Assembly: GCF_000315625.1 (NCBI RefSeq) | Contig: NW_005434614.1 | Location: forward strand, 96,412 to 160,411 | DNA: 64,000 nucleotides | Reading direction: 5' to 3' | Source: Guillardia theta CCMP2712 | Lineage: Eukaryota; Protista; Cryptophyta | Shown here: positions 25,894 to 38,287 of the stretch, piece after piece | Layout of the letters: the number at the start of each line of letters is the position of its first letter | Position numbering within the stretch: position 1 is the first letter of the stretch | The notes under the pieces: model-generated | Database searches by the model: none | Seen by the model: the letters and a program-made list of their open reading frames with translations, nothing else | Told to the model about the DNA's origin: nothing | Made by a program: the position numbers and the translations under genes

Positions 25894-27688
25894 GCCGGTG
25901 ACGAGACGTTAAGTTGAGATAATTTATGTGTGGGTTGAGTTTTGAGTGTCTAACAGTTTAAGATCCGGTTGAGAGTTGTTCGGCAAACAGAGAAGAGACG
26001 AATTCAGACAGGAGTAATGAGAGGCCCAACAGGGCCCATCTTGGATGTTTGGTAGGACGGTCAGAAGTGGAAGATGAGCGCCAAGACAGTTACTGAAACA
26101 AGGGAGCACAACAAGAGCTAGAACTTCTCTGGCCTCTCAACAACGATGACATGCAACAAGTTACCATCCTTCAAGTCGCAAGATACAGCACTGCTGGTTG
26201 AGACAAGCTGCACGAAACCAACCAGACTACCCTCACTAATCAAGAAAGTGTCAGATCATTGAAAGGCCTGAATACCACCACAGCCCTCTCATCCACTCCT
26301 CTTCTCTGAATTTGCTACTCTATCCATTTCTAACTACGAAGCATCTTCGATTCTCATCAAAATCCCTTTGATCTTTTGCCAGGCAAGTCAACTTCATGTG
26401 GTTCGACGATCTTCTCTTTCTCCAAGGGCACTGCTGCAGCTACCTTGATTCTCTTTCCTTCCTCTTTACTCTTCTTCACACCCTTCTCTTTGCAACCTCT
26501 CCCTGACCTCTGCCTTGATTGCTTCCCCTATTTCATCTTTGCTACATCTCGCTTCCCCTTTCCTAACCTCCTGCCAACTCCTCCATGCTCTAATGATCTT
26601 CGGATTCTATCTCCTTGACTCACCTTTCCTCTCCTACCCTCCGCTTGCCTGTTATTCACTCTCTTCGTCTCTTCTTCCCTCATCTTGCATCATCTTGCCT
26701 CTCCTTCCTCCATCTTCCTCCATCTCCCTCTCTTCTCCTCTCTGCTCCCTTCCTTGTCCTCTCTCCTCTCCTCTCCGCTTCCCTCCTCTTTCCGTACTGT
26801 CCGCATCATCCTTCAGCCCCTTGTCACGATACCCCCACCCCCCCAAATTGACAAAAATTTATCCACCCACCCCTTCATTTTCAAAAATATATATCACCCC
26901 TACCGTAGTGGGTGTCATATTTGGGGGGGTATATTACCTACCCCACCCCCTATGACATGGAACAACACACCCGATAATTCTACACCTGCTTGGGTCCTCG
27001 GGATGTTGCAAGGGAATTTAGCGAAAAACAGAGATTAAGAAGGTTTAATAATATTAATGTGAGATTAAAAGAAGACTAACAGAAGATTAAGAGAAGATTA
27101 AGATCCCGAGGCGGAGCGGAATTGAACACCCCTACCCCTGTTTCTCCATGATTGGTCTCATGACCCCACCCTCCGAATCTCTTCATTTTCTGTATGAATC
27201 ACCCCAGTTCACCTCTACCCCCACCCCTCACATTCAACCAGGGGATTGCATGCGACGAAGATGCAGAGGGAGCGGAAGGGCAGGGAAGGGGGAGGGGAGG
27301 GGGCGATGTGGGAAGAGGAGGCTCATGGCGGATATGGATGATATCCAGTCAAGATGACAAGGTCTTGCACAGAGAGAGAAGAAGAATTGTGAGAGCAGGA
27401 GGAGCACCATAGACAAGGGGCAAGGACAGAGCTGACGGTGAAAGGCGAAAGGGCGGAAGTTGAGGACCCAAGACAGAGAATATGAAGCAAAGGAGAAGAT
27501 CCAGGCTAGAATCAATACTTGTCATGGTAGCAGGATAAAAGACTGACCTGGAGGAGGAAGGGGAGGAAACATTGGGGTGCGGGATGTGCGGGGAAAGGGG
27601 CAGCCATCAAAGTTCTTTCAGATTATTTTCTGAACTCTGTTCAACCTTCGTCTCCTTAGAAGAAGTCATGACATTCTTTCAGGCGTCC

Positions 27689-28478
27689 ATGCCTCGATCG
27701 AGATCAAGATCTCCCCGTCGCTCCCGCTCTCGCGATGACAGGCATCGCGGAGGCGACAGGAACAGGAGCCCGCCGTACAACGATCGTAGACACGACAATC
27801 GCAGGGTGTCATTGTTGGTGCGAAATTTAGGTTGGACAGCTGTGATATGGAGAGTGCGATGTAAGAAGGAGATGCAGGTGATGGGATCTCAGCCGAAGAG
27901 GTTAAGAGTGTCTTCGAGAGGTTCGGTAAGGTCCGAGATGTCTACATCCCCACAGACTACCACACCAAGTGAGCAGCCTATCTCCCTCCTCCCTTTACCT
28001 CTTACGTCTTTATGCGCAGGAGGCCGAAGCCTTTCGCTTTCATCGAGTTCTTGAATGGAGACGATGCGAGAGATGCCAAGGACGAGCTCGACAACCGAGA
28101 GATCTGCGGCAGGAAGGTGAGCAACCCTCCTCTGCTCGGCCGCCGGTGACGCCCGGTAGGTCTCTGTGCTCTATGCTCAACGCGGTCGCACTACTCCCGA
28201 CCAGATGAGAGCACGCGATTCCTCCGATCGCTCGCCTGGCAGGAGCAGGCGCTCGCGATCCCGCGACAGGCCTCGTGAGCGCAGGAGCTACTCGAGGAGC
28301 CCCAGGCGCTCGAGGTCGCCGAGGAGGTCGAGCAGACGAGCTCTGCCTAGTCTCTTCTCCTCACTCTGCCCTGCAGGACTAGAGACAGGTCGCCCCCCGA
28401 AAGAAGCTCGCGGGACAGGTGAGCAGACGCTGCCGCTCGCTTGCCCGCTGACTGTGCGGGAGGTCCCCGAGGCACTAG
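27689..28478 (+). CDS. SR splicing factor, SC35-like/SCL type (RRM + RS domain), multi-exon
   Basis: SLLVRNL..FERFGKVRDVYIPTDYHTK-RPKPFAFIEF..DARDAKDELDNREICGR..YAQRGRTTPDQMR, flanked by RS repeats. Confidence 0.92.
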
Positions 28479-28724
28479 ACGTGGCTCGTGAAGAAGGAAC
28501 TTGGAGATTGGAAGGAGGACGTGTCGGCAGAGATGTAGGCGATGAAAGGAGGATGACGATCATGGCAGAGGTGAATCAGTCTGCAAAGATCAGCCGAGAA
28601 GTCGCCATGCAGCTCCCGATGGAATGAGCAGCAAACAGCTCAATGGAGTTTGTCACTGTTACAAGACGATTTTCAATCCTCGGTAACGCTGGCTGCTAGT
28701 GTGTCTCAAGATATCAAGTGTGCG

Positions 28725-31700
28725 CTACTCCATTTCTTCCTCGGCCTCCTCCGATGACTCGCTGTCTGACCTGCTCACGCCTGTCACCTCCTCGAATCCT
28801 CCCTCCTCCCTCCTCACTCTACCCTTTCCTCTCTTCTTGATGCCTCCGACGCGCCATCTTCTTTCGCTCGCGCTCAACCTTGTCAGCCTGTCAACAAGCG
28901 CTGTCTCCTCGTCCTCCTTACCTTCAGCGCCTCTTGACAATCCTCTGCCAACAGCTGGACGTCACGTCTGCCTGAGTTGGAGGCAGTCTCCACCTGAGAG
29001 GGTGACTTAACGGGAGGGCGACAGGAGGCGGGACAGCGTCTCACTTGCTCTTGCCCACCGCTGCGCATCGTTACCAAGGTGTCGAGCTCCTCCAGCTTCT
29101 TGCGGAGGATCTGAGAGGAACGCTGTGAGGAACAACAAGGAGCTCGGGGACCGACGAGCCTGGTTGTGCTCTTCCGTGAAGGCCATGAAGGGGTACCTGG
29201 GGGCTGTCAGCAGCAGCAGCTAGACACACTTCCACCTGAGGAGGAAGAAGTCTCTGAGAACTTGTGAGGACACGCTGAGTTGAGGGTTCATAGAGAGGAT
29301 GTATTCCTCGACCTCGCGCGAGATGTCGCCGGCAGTCACGGATCCCTTCCTCTGCACCTCCCTCTCCTCCTCCAGCTCCCCGTCCTCCTTCCCCCCTACG
29401 TGGATGAGCATGTTGAACTGAAGTTTGGAGTGCTTCTTTCGCTCACGATTGATCCTCTGCACAAGGAGATGTCATTGCTCGCACTGACCTCCTCCGGTCT
29501 CCTCACGTTCTCCTCTTCGCTCAATTGCTCCAGCTTGTTGGACAGCGCTTCTTCTCGTTCGCGCAGTCGCTGGATCTCCGCATCCATCTCCATGTCCTGC
29601 AGGAACATCTCGACGAACTCGGGAGGCTTGCCGGTAAACTCACACACGTGACTGATCAACTGCCCCCATCAGCATCAGACGTGACCATCAAGGCAGCCGT
29701 ATGCTCACGTTAAAGACTTCGCCCTCTCCGCTGCAGCATGTATCAGTGGAAAATGTCAGCGAGAGCTTCCGTTACCTCGCTTGCATCAGCAGCTTTGCTA
29801 GCTCCAGCTTCTTCTCGTGCACGTGCAACGAGCTCTCTTCCTGTCAAGCGGGGTAACCAGGCCAGCAGCACAGATGGAGGTGGAGAAAGAACTTTATCTA
29901 TCTCTTGCGAGGTCGCTTCTATCTCAGCAACCAGCTTCTCCTCCTCATCGTCCAACTCCGCCATCTGCCGCTCGAGCACGTACATTTCTCTCTGAGGGTT
30001 CAAACTCATCATTCAGCCTCTAGGGGACTGCAGCTGGACCTCCAACGCCTCCTTGGCTGCTGTCCTGCTTGTGACGGCATCTCGCCGATGCTTCTCGTAC
30101 TCCTCATCCATCTCGCGCTTCCTCGTCGCGAGGTGCTCCGCTGCTACCTCAAGCTCGTCTTGGCAAGCTCTCAGCGTGACCTTGTTTGCCGACAGCGCTT
30201 CCCCTTGCTCGTCTATCTGCGACTCGAGCCTGAAGTTCTCCTCGATCAGCCCCGGCGACTCATCGCACTTCCTGCACAACATCGCACGTGATCGACTGCC
30301 CCGGCGCTCATGAGAGGTCAAGAGGACGCCAGCACTCACTGGATGAAGTCTGCTCGCAGCCGCTCGAACTCCTCGATGAAGTGAGCCGTGCTGTGCACGA
30401 GCCCGTGCTTCTCGTGGCTACATACGTTCCTTCATGCTCAAGTCAGCGGCAGGAGCGACGAGTCGAGCCGCACGCGCCTGTTGATGTCAAACCCACAGCG
30501 ATCGCAGAAGAGGTACAGGACTTGCTTCACCTCCTCGATCTCAGCTGACATCCTGCATCAGCTCGTCACACAAAGAGGACAAGAGCACTCGCGCGCCTGC
30601 TGATCTTTGTGCTGAGGTTTCGCTCTTCCTTCTTCACGTCGGCGTGATTGTCCTCTAGCAACTCGATATGCCTGCACGCGCATCACTGACCCGTCACATG
30701 CACGCTTGCAGCTGACTTGTTCATCAATCGCATCTCAGCCTTCTCCCTCGTCGTCAACTCATCCATCACACTGAACTTCCTGCTCTTCTCAATGATGCAA
30801 AGAGCATCTGAGCAGCATCACACAATGACATGACGGTCATGAAGCATGTGTGGGAGTCAACCTGAGATTTCCTTTTGCATGTCGTCCTGCTTTCCTTCGC
30901 TTCTCCCCTGGGCCTCTGACGACGCTTTCTTCTCCTTCCGCCCATTGATGTCAGGGAGCGAAACGAAGTCCATCCTCTTTGTCTCTGCGTTCCTCCGCTG
31001 CTCCCCGGTCAGCGGCGGCGAGCATGCGCAATAACAGAGGACATACCATCTGAACGAAGAAAGACTTGCCCGAGCCGAAGTCTGTCGCGTGAAGAAACTC
31101 AAAGATCAGAGTAGACCTGAACAGCCTCATGATCCCCTCCAGCTGCGAGCAAGCGAACAAGTCAGTGAGTTGGTGAGTGACTGAGTGAGAGGGAACGGGG
31201 GAAGAGGGAGGGAGGGGATGGAGGGAGGGAGGGGAGGGAGGGGAGGGAGGGGAGGGAGGTGAGGGAGGGAAAAGGAGAGGGGGGAGGGGGAGAGAAGATT
31301 CATGCACCTGCTTCTGGCTCATTCCGATAACAACTTTGCGGCTATCAGGTGACTCATCTTGGACCTGACGGAGCCAGTCACACCATCGCATCTCCGCTGT
31401 CCTACCCTTCACCGCGATCAGCTTGTCGCCTGCTCTGATCTTCCCGCACTCGGCCGCTGGCGACCCCGGAAGCACCTTGCTCACAACAAGGACGAGACGG
31501 TATCCTGAATCAGCAGCGGTGGCAGCGATGACTTGTTTCCTGCTGGTCTGCCAGACTATGCCGAGGGACGACATGCTATAGAGTCCTTCAGCCGATGCCT
31601 CCTCTCCTAGCTGGTGAATCGCCGTGATGGCGAGGAGGCGTCTTCGCTCGCCGACGTCACTTCGATCCTCCTTGCACTGTTGCTGACCTCACAGCCCAGA

Positions 31701-31748
31701 TGTCAACACTGATGAATGTGGCACCTTATGACCGACCCGAGACGTCAT
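28725..31748 (-). CDS. PDZ-domain coiled-coil protein, many short exons
   Basis: SSLGIVW..LVVSKVLPGSPAAECGKIRAGDKLIAV is PDZ-like; downstream exons are E/K/R-rich heptads. Ends are approximate. Confidence 0.65.
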
Positions 31749-32715
31749 CGAATGCAGAATGTGTCTGAAGTATCATAGTATGGTCCACTCGTCTCATCAC
31801 CGGACTGGCCTTCACGATTTTTTCCTTCAACTAGTTCTCAAGCACTTTTCTGCTCGTTCACTTCATTTCATTCCTCTCTCGCCAAGATCTCTCCTCCTCT
31901 CCTCCCCTTTCCTCTCGGGCCTCCTCTCCGTCCCTCCATCACTGAGGTGTCTCGCCACCATGCCTGGGCCTCAGGTACTGAGCAGCCTGGCATGACTGCC
32001 GGCACCGCAGCAACTGACCAGGTAGGACCAGTGGGAATACTCCTAGCGAGCTCACCTCAGACTATGGCGGGCAGACTCCCGCCCGACCCGGAGCCTCAGT
32101 GCCGGGCCGCCCCCCCGGGCCCGCGGCGGCGCGCGGGCCGGGCTGCCCCGCGGCGATCGGACGGTGGCCCGGCTGAGCCCCCGACTCGGCGAGACCCACC
32201 CGGGGGCGCTACTGATCGGAGCCTCCCGCAGTCCCGGGCCTTCAACCGTGCCGCAGTGCCCTACTTGACTCTGAGTAGTGTAATCACTTCTATACCTGCA
32301 CACTCAACTGCGCGCACTGGCTGGGACGGCATAGACGCCATGCCGGAACGCACTCGCGATGATGCCGCGCGGCAGATCCAGCGCTTCCGTTCACGGTTTT
32401 CTTCAAGTTGCGAGTCGCCGAGCCGACAGTCGGACCCGCCAGCTGAGCGGCCACCGTGTGACGGTCGGACTCTCAGATATTAAAAAAAAACTCAAACAGT
32501 CTATCAAAACTTGACAGTCTCTATCACTATCTAGTCAAACTTGAATAAAAAGTATTTTTGTCGGTACCCCCACCCATGTCCCTAAGTCGACTACCCCTAC
32601 ATATCCTCACCCCCTGTAGGGTAAGAGGTACAGTGGTGTCCAGTAGGGGTGGGTAATGACATGTTGCCGGAAATCGAGCGCTTCACATGCTGGGCAGAGT
32701 CTGCCGCAAGTCTCC

Positions 32716-32837
32716 TCTCCTCTCCTGCTGCGGCTCCCCTTGCTCATAGTTCCTCTCCTCGGGCCTGCTGCGGCTCCCCTTGCTCATGGTTCCTCTCCTC
32801 TCCTGCTGCGGCTCCCCTTGCTCATGGTTCCTCTCCT
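32716..32837. repeat. Three imperfect ~38-bp tandem copies of CTGCTGCGGCTCCCCTTGCTCATGGTTCCTCTCCT
   Basis: Direct observation upstream of the PH-MORN ATG. Confidence 0.85.
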
Positions 32838-33041
32838 TTCCTGCTTCTGCTTCAACCACTCTCGAGACCGTTTGACCTCTTTGCACTGATAAAACTAACT
32901 CCTCTCTCTCTCCCTCTCTTCTCCCTCCCTCTCTCCCTCACTCTTTCCTCCCTCTCTCCCTCTCTCCCTCCCCCTGCCCATTCTCTCTCTCTCAGGTTGT
33001 AATCGAGGATCTTCAACGTACCCAAGACTCTGCGGCTCCAA

Positions 33042-36000
33042 ATGACTGACGTGAAGTCGGGATGGGTGCTCAAGTGGACGGGAAGCGTCTTTGCTTCATG
33101 GCAGAAGAGGTACATCCAGTACAAGCAAGGGAAACTCTCCATGCGGCACAGCGATCGAGAGAGGATGGCGCGAGTTTTGCAAGTCGCCTCCATCCGCATC
33201 AAACCGTCAGTACCCACAGAGATGAACATCGTGTGCCAGGACGGCAAGAACATGCTCTTTCGTTTCTCCTCCCCCGCAGAGCGCGATGACTGGTTCAAGA
33301 CGATTCATGAGGAGATGAGCGGTCAGAAACCTGCCCCGTCCTCTGCTCTGCCATCGGAGCCGCCACAGGGCCCTATCCACCCCAGCCAAACCCGAGCTGT
33401 GCAGGCTCATCAGATGGCGCAGGCAGAGGTGCTCCGCCTTCAGCCCAGGGGGGTCGAGATGTCTTCCTCCCCCAAGGTCTCCAGCCGACCGGACGTTCTG
33501 AGGTTGGGAGCTCAGGAGCTAGTAGCGCCAGCTGCACCGGCTCCTTTCTCCCCCTCCAAGGCAGGGATGCCGGTAGAGCCCCCCCAGTCTCTCATTTCAA
33601 GGTCTCTCTACGACCTGAGGGCGCAGGCGTGTAAGTTGTGATGGGAGGAGCCGGCGGACCTGAGGCCTTCTGACGAGCTGGGCAGACCCGAGTGGCAAGT
33701 ACGTGGGAGAGTACTTCGCGAGCGAGAGGAGCGGCTTCGGGAAGTTTGAATACAATGATGGGAACGTCTACATTGGTAGGAGGAGGAAGAGCAGTGAAAG
33801 GAGATGGTGGTTGTGGTGGTGGTGGTGATGATGATGATGAGGAGGAGGAGGGGGAGGAGAACATTGGAGAGGAAGAGGAAGATCGAGAGAAGGAGGAAAT
33901 TTCTCGCTGAATTGGATTGGATGTGTCAGGTATGTGGGTGAAAGATCAGAAGCATGGTTTCGGTCGCCTGCAGTGGTCCAACGGCAACGTGTTCTCAGGG
34001 GAATGGCAAGCAGACGAGATGACCGGCTATGGTGTGTTTGCATACGCCAACAAGAACGAGTATAAGGTCTAATTCCCAACTTCTCTTCTCCTCCCCCAGT
34101 CTCCCATCAACCTTTCCCCTTCTTCCTCCTCCTTTTCCTCCGATCTCTCGTCGTTCTCTGCGTGGATGACGAGGTTGAGCAGGGAGAGTTTCACAAGAAC
34201 ATGAAGGCAGGCAAGGGGAAGTTTGTGTGGAAGTGAGCTTAAGTTGTAGCTGGTCGGGTGGTGACCTCCGGGCTGTGCAGCAACGGCGACTCGTACGAGG
34301 GGGAGTGGAAACAAGACATGATGGATGGGCAAGGTGAAGCTTCTACTGAAGGAAGCAGCTGACCCTCCTCCTCCTCCTCCTTCGCCGCCGCCTCCTCCTT
34401 CGCCGCCGCCGCCGCCTCCTCCTCCTCCTCCTCCTCCTCCTCCTCCTCCTCCTCCTCCTACCTTGTTTTGTCTCTCATCTCTCATCCTCGTCTTTTCATG
34501 CTCCGACGATTCTTCCCCTCGCCCCTCTCCCTCTATCTTAGGAATCATCGTCTACAACAACGGAAACGTCTACGACGGACAGAGCAAGGGCAACTTGAAG
34601 AATGGTCGAGGAAGAATGAAAGTGAGCGACTGCTGATCTCCTGTCGGACTGTGAGAGCTTGTGCTGCCAGTGGTCCACCGGGGAAACATACGAGGGAGAG
34701 TGGAAGGGAGGCCTTCTTCATGGAAAGGTTGATCCCTATACACGCATATGCTACCTCCTCTCCACCTTCTCGTTTCCCCTCTCTCCCTTCCCTTCCCCAA
34801 TCGCCCTCGCTTTCATTCTCCTCCTCCGTTTCCACCCCTCCCCGCTTCCACCCCTCTTCTTCCCTTCCTCCTCATTGTCCCTTCTCCTCTTTCTCTCTCC
34901 TCCTCCGAACACCGTTTCCTCCTACCTTCTCCTCGTCTCTTGGTCCTTTCCCACCACCCCTCATGACCTCCCCTCCCTGCTCTCATCGCTCGTCTGCAGG
35001 GAACCTTCCTGTACGCCAACGGAGGAAGTTACGTCGGTCGCTTCTGCTCCCTCCAGTTGCTGCGTGCAAGTGACAGGAGAGGCAGGAGAATGGATCGACG
35101 ACATGCGGAGTGGCAACGGGACTATGACGCATCCCAACGGGGTGAGCACGAGGGAGAGGGAGCAGAGGAGGGAGGGGAGGGAAGGACAACGAGAGTTGGC
35201 GGAGAAGGAAGAGGCTCACAGGATGTGAGAAGAGAAGGAAGAGGAGAGTTGAATGCAAGGAGAGGGAGAAAGAGGGAGGGAGGGAGAGGGAGAGGAGGAG
35301 GAGGAGGAGGAGGAGGAGGAGGTGGTGGTGGTGGTGGTGTTAACGGGCATTTTCCCAGGACATCTATACAGGCGCGTGGCAGATGGACATGAGAGAAGGA
35401 AGCGGAACCTGCAGACATGCCAACGGGTGACGGGGAGGAGGAGCAGCGAGAGCGAGAGGCAGGAGCGAGGAAGAGAGAGGCAGGGGGGAAGAGGGAGAGG
35501 CAAGAAGAGGGAGGAGGAGGAGGAGGAGGAGGAGGAGGAGGTGCAGGATGGGATGAGCGGAGATCGAGCAGGGACATCTTCGTCGGGACCTTTCATCAGA
35601 ACCTGCGGCACGGGTACAATCTGCTCCTTTTCAACCCACAAGTGAGCTGGAGGCAGAGCTGGAGTCTACACAGCAGCGCCGCAAGCAGGAGAAAGCAAGG
35701 GAGACGAATATTCCGGTGAATGGATGCAGGATAAGAAGCATGGTACGTCTCCTCCCTCCTTCCCCTTTCCTACTCTCTGAATCCCTCCTTTCACCCCCCT
35801 CCTCTCCCCTCCCTCCCCCCTGCCCCCTCCTCTCTCCCTCCCTCCTTCTCCTTACTCTCTCACACCCTCGTGCTCCAAGGGTTCGGCAAGTACATGTGGG
35901 CAGACGGCGACGTCTACGAGGGAGAGTGGAAGGATGACATGCGCAACGGGCATGGCACGTCAGTCGCTCCCCTCCTCCCCTTCATCCCCCAGCTGACTCT

Positions 36001-37049
36001 GAGCTGCAGCTGCTTCTACTCAAACCGTGACGAGTACGTGGGCTCGTGGGTCAACGACCAACGACATGGGTCCTGCGACTTTCCTCGCCCCCTCGCCCCC
36101 TCCCCCCCCCTTCCTCTTGAGCTCTCTGTCTCCTCCCCCCTCCCGCCTCCTTGTTTGCATCTCTCTTCCCCCTCCCTCTCCTCCCCCCTCCCTCTCCTCC
36201 CCTGCTCCTCCCTCTCCCAACGCTCCTCATCTCTCTCCGGCCTACCTCATCCCCCCCCCCTTCTCCCCTTCCCTCTTCTCTTCTCCTGCCCCCTCATCAT
36301 CATCTTCGGTCTATCTCCTTCCTCCTCCCCCCGCGCCTATATCCCTCTCTCCCTCACCCTTCTGTTCAGCTGGGGTCGACTAGCATGGGCCGACGGCAAC
36401 ACTTACGAAGGGTTGTGGAAGAATGACAACATCGCACCCGGGTATCTCCTCCGCTTCCCTCCTCTACGTCCTTCTTCCTCCTCCTCTTCCTTCCTCGTCT
36501 CCCCCTGTGACTCCTCCTCGCCCCAGCGCCTCCTTCTGACCCCCCTCCCTCCTGCTGATGCTCTCCTCCTCTTCTCCTGCTGCTCTCCTCCTCATCATCA
36601 TCATCTCAACCTCTGGCAGGGCTCGGGGCATCTTCCCCTCCAAGTCCAGGGCAGCAGATCGTCCGGTAGCGGGGGAGAGCCTTCAAAGGCAGCAGCTCCC
36701 AGCTGCCGTCAAAACCTTCTCCAGCAGCGGCAGGGACTTTGATCCTGCCCAGGAGAAGCCCAGCAGGACCCCGAGCACGAGGAGGTTCCAGCCAGTCGAT
36801 CCAACCGCTGCTTTGATCGCCGATGTGAACACGGCAAGTCCTCCTCCTCCTCCTCCTGATCGTCATCGTCATCCCCTCCTTCCTCCATCGTGACTTGTCT
36901 GCAGGCCATGGGTTCTTTCTTCGGCAACTTCAACCCGCAGCAGCAGCCCAGCAAGCCGCTTCCACCTCGGGTAAGTCTCTTGGAAGGGGAGCAGGAGAAG
37001 TTGACAAAGTGAGCAGGAGGTGTCGAGGAAACCTCTGCTCCTGTTCTGA
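33042..37049 (+). CDS. PH-domain + MORN-repeat protein, multi-exon
   Basis: PH: VKSGWVLKWTGSVFASWQKRYI..FRFSSPAERDDWFKTI. Many MORN repeats, e.g. GFGKYMWADGDVYEGEWKDDMRNGHGT and YNNGNVYDGQSKGNLKNGRGRM. Confidence 0.88.
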
Positions 37050-38287
37050 CGCCTTGTATCACTAGCCCGCCGTAGTAAGAATAAACTTGAAGAATCTTAT
37101 CAGGATCTCAACTTGGCAACTTCGGAGGCGGGGGTCAGTGCGGCCCGCCGGGCCCTCTGCCACTGCCAACTTTCACGAGTCCCGAGTCCGAGGGCCCAGG
37201 CTTTCCTCGGAACTTCGGAACTCAGCGCCGGGCCCGCGGGCCCGCGGGCCCCGGCGGGGGCCGAGCCTGCGGCTCCCGGGCGCCGCCGGGCAAGTTGGCC
37301 CGGCGGGCCGGCTTATGACACGAGTCACCAGCCTTCTCCCCCCCCCCCACTCCCACCCCCGGCCGGGCCGGGCCGGTTACGTACTACTTGTACGCCGGTA
37401 TCTCCGCCGAGTCACTTCACTATGTCGCTGACAGAAATCGAGTCCGCCTCAGTTTCCGCTGATAATCTGTTTGCGGCCCTTCACCGGTGTGTTTTCCTGG
37501 AATTATAAAGTCAGGGGGTGGGGTGGGTGGTAAGAGAGGCACCTCATAAAGAGACTCTTGTATACTAATATTGTAAAACAGAATGATAAAATATATATGT
37601 AATTTAAACACCCTTTTAAAATTTTATTCAACTTATATAAGTTATAAATACTGACATTTAGTTTTGCTTCGTACCAGGCAGCGCTGGTCACAGTACAGAT
37701 TTTAAAGTATTTTTGATTTCAAACTATTTCAGGATGTTGCTTACATTCCAAATTAATGAGCACGGTTTCAAAATGTTCGGCGAATGTGCTTCGGAATTTG
37801 TCGCTCCCATGGTGGCCACGGAGTGGTGCAGGGGGGGGGGAGAAGGAGAAGGGAGAGGAGCGACGGGAGGAGGAGAGGAGGGTGGAACAGGAGAAGAGAT
37901 CTGAGAGAGAGAAGGATAAGAGCTGACTGAGGGCGGGGTAGATAGAATGAGAGAGGAGGAGGAGGAGTGAGGGGGAGGCGCAATGAACGCTGTGGAAGTA
38001 GTCGATCGCGTTTCGGTTCTACTTCCTCTTGTTCGCACGCATCTCCCTCAGTATTCAGTTGTCTTGACATAGAAAGTGAAGAAACTGAAGAAGTAGTGCG
38101 ACCGGAGAGTGTGATTACAGTGAGATTTGCCCTTTCGCTGCTTGCCATGTTTGGCTGGTTGAACGCAAATGATTTCTACCCTTTCTGAACATTTTCCAGG
38201 AGCCCTCAATAGATCCTTGTGGATGTTGCTGGACAAAATATTGGGCTGCAATCTTGCTATGAGATTCTAGTCTCCTTCCCATCTACC

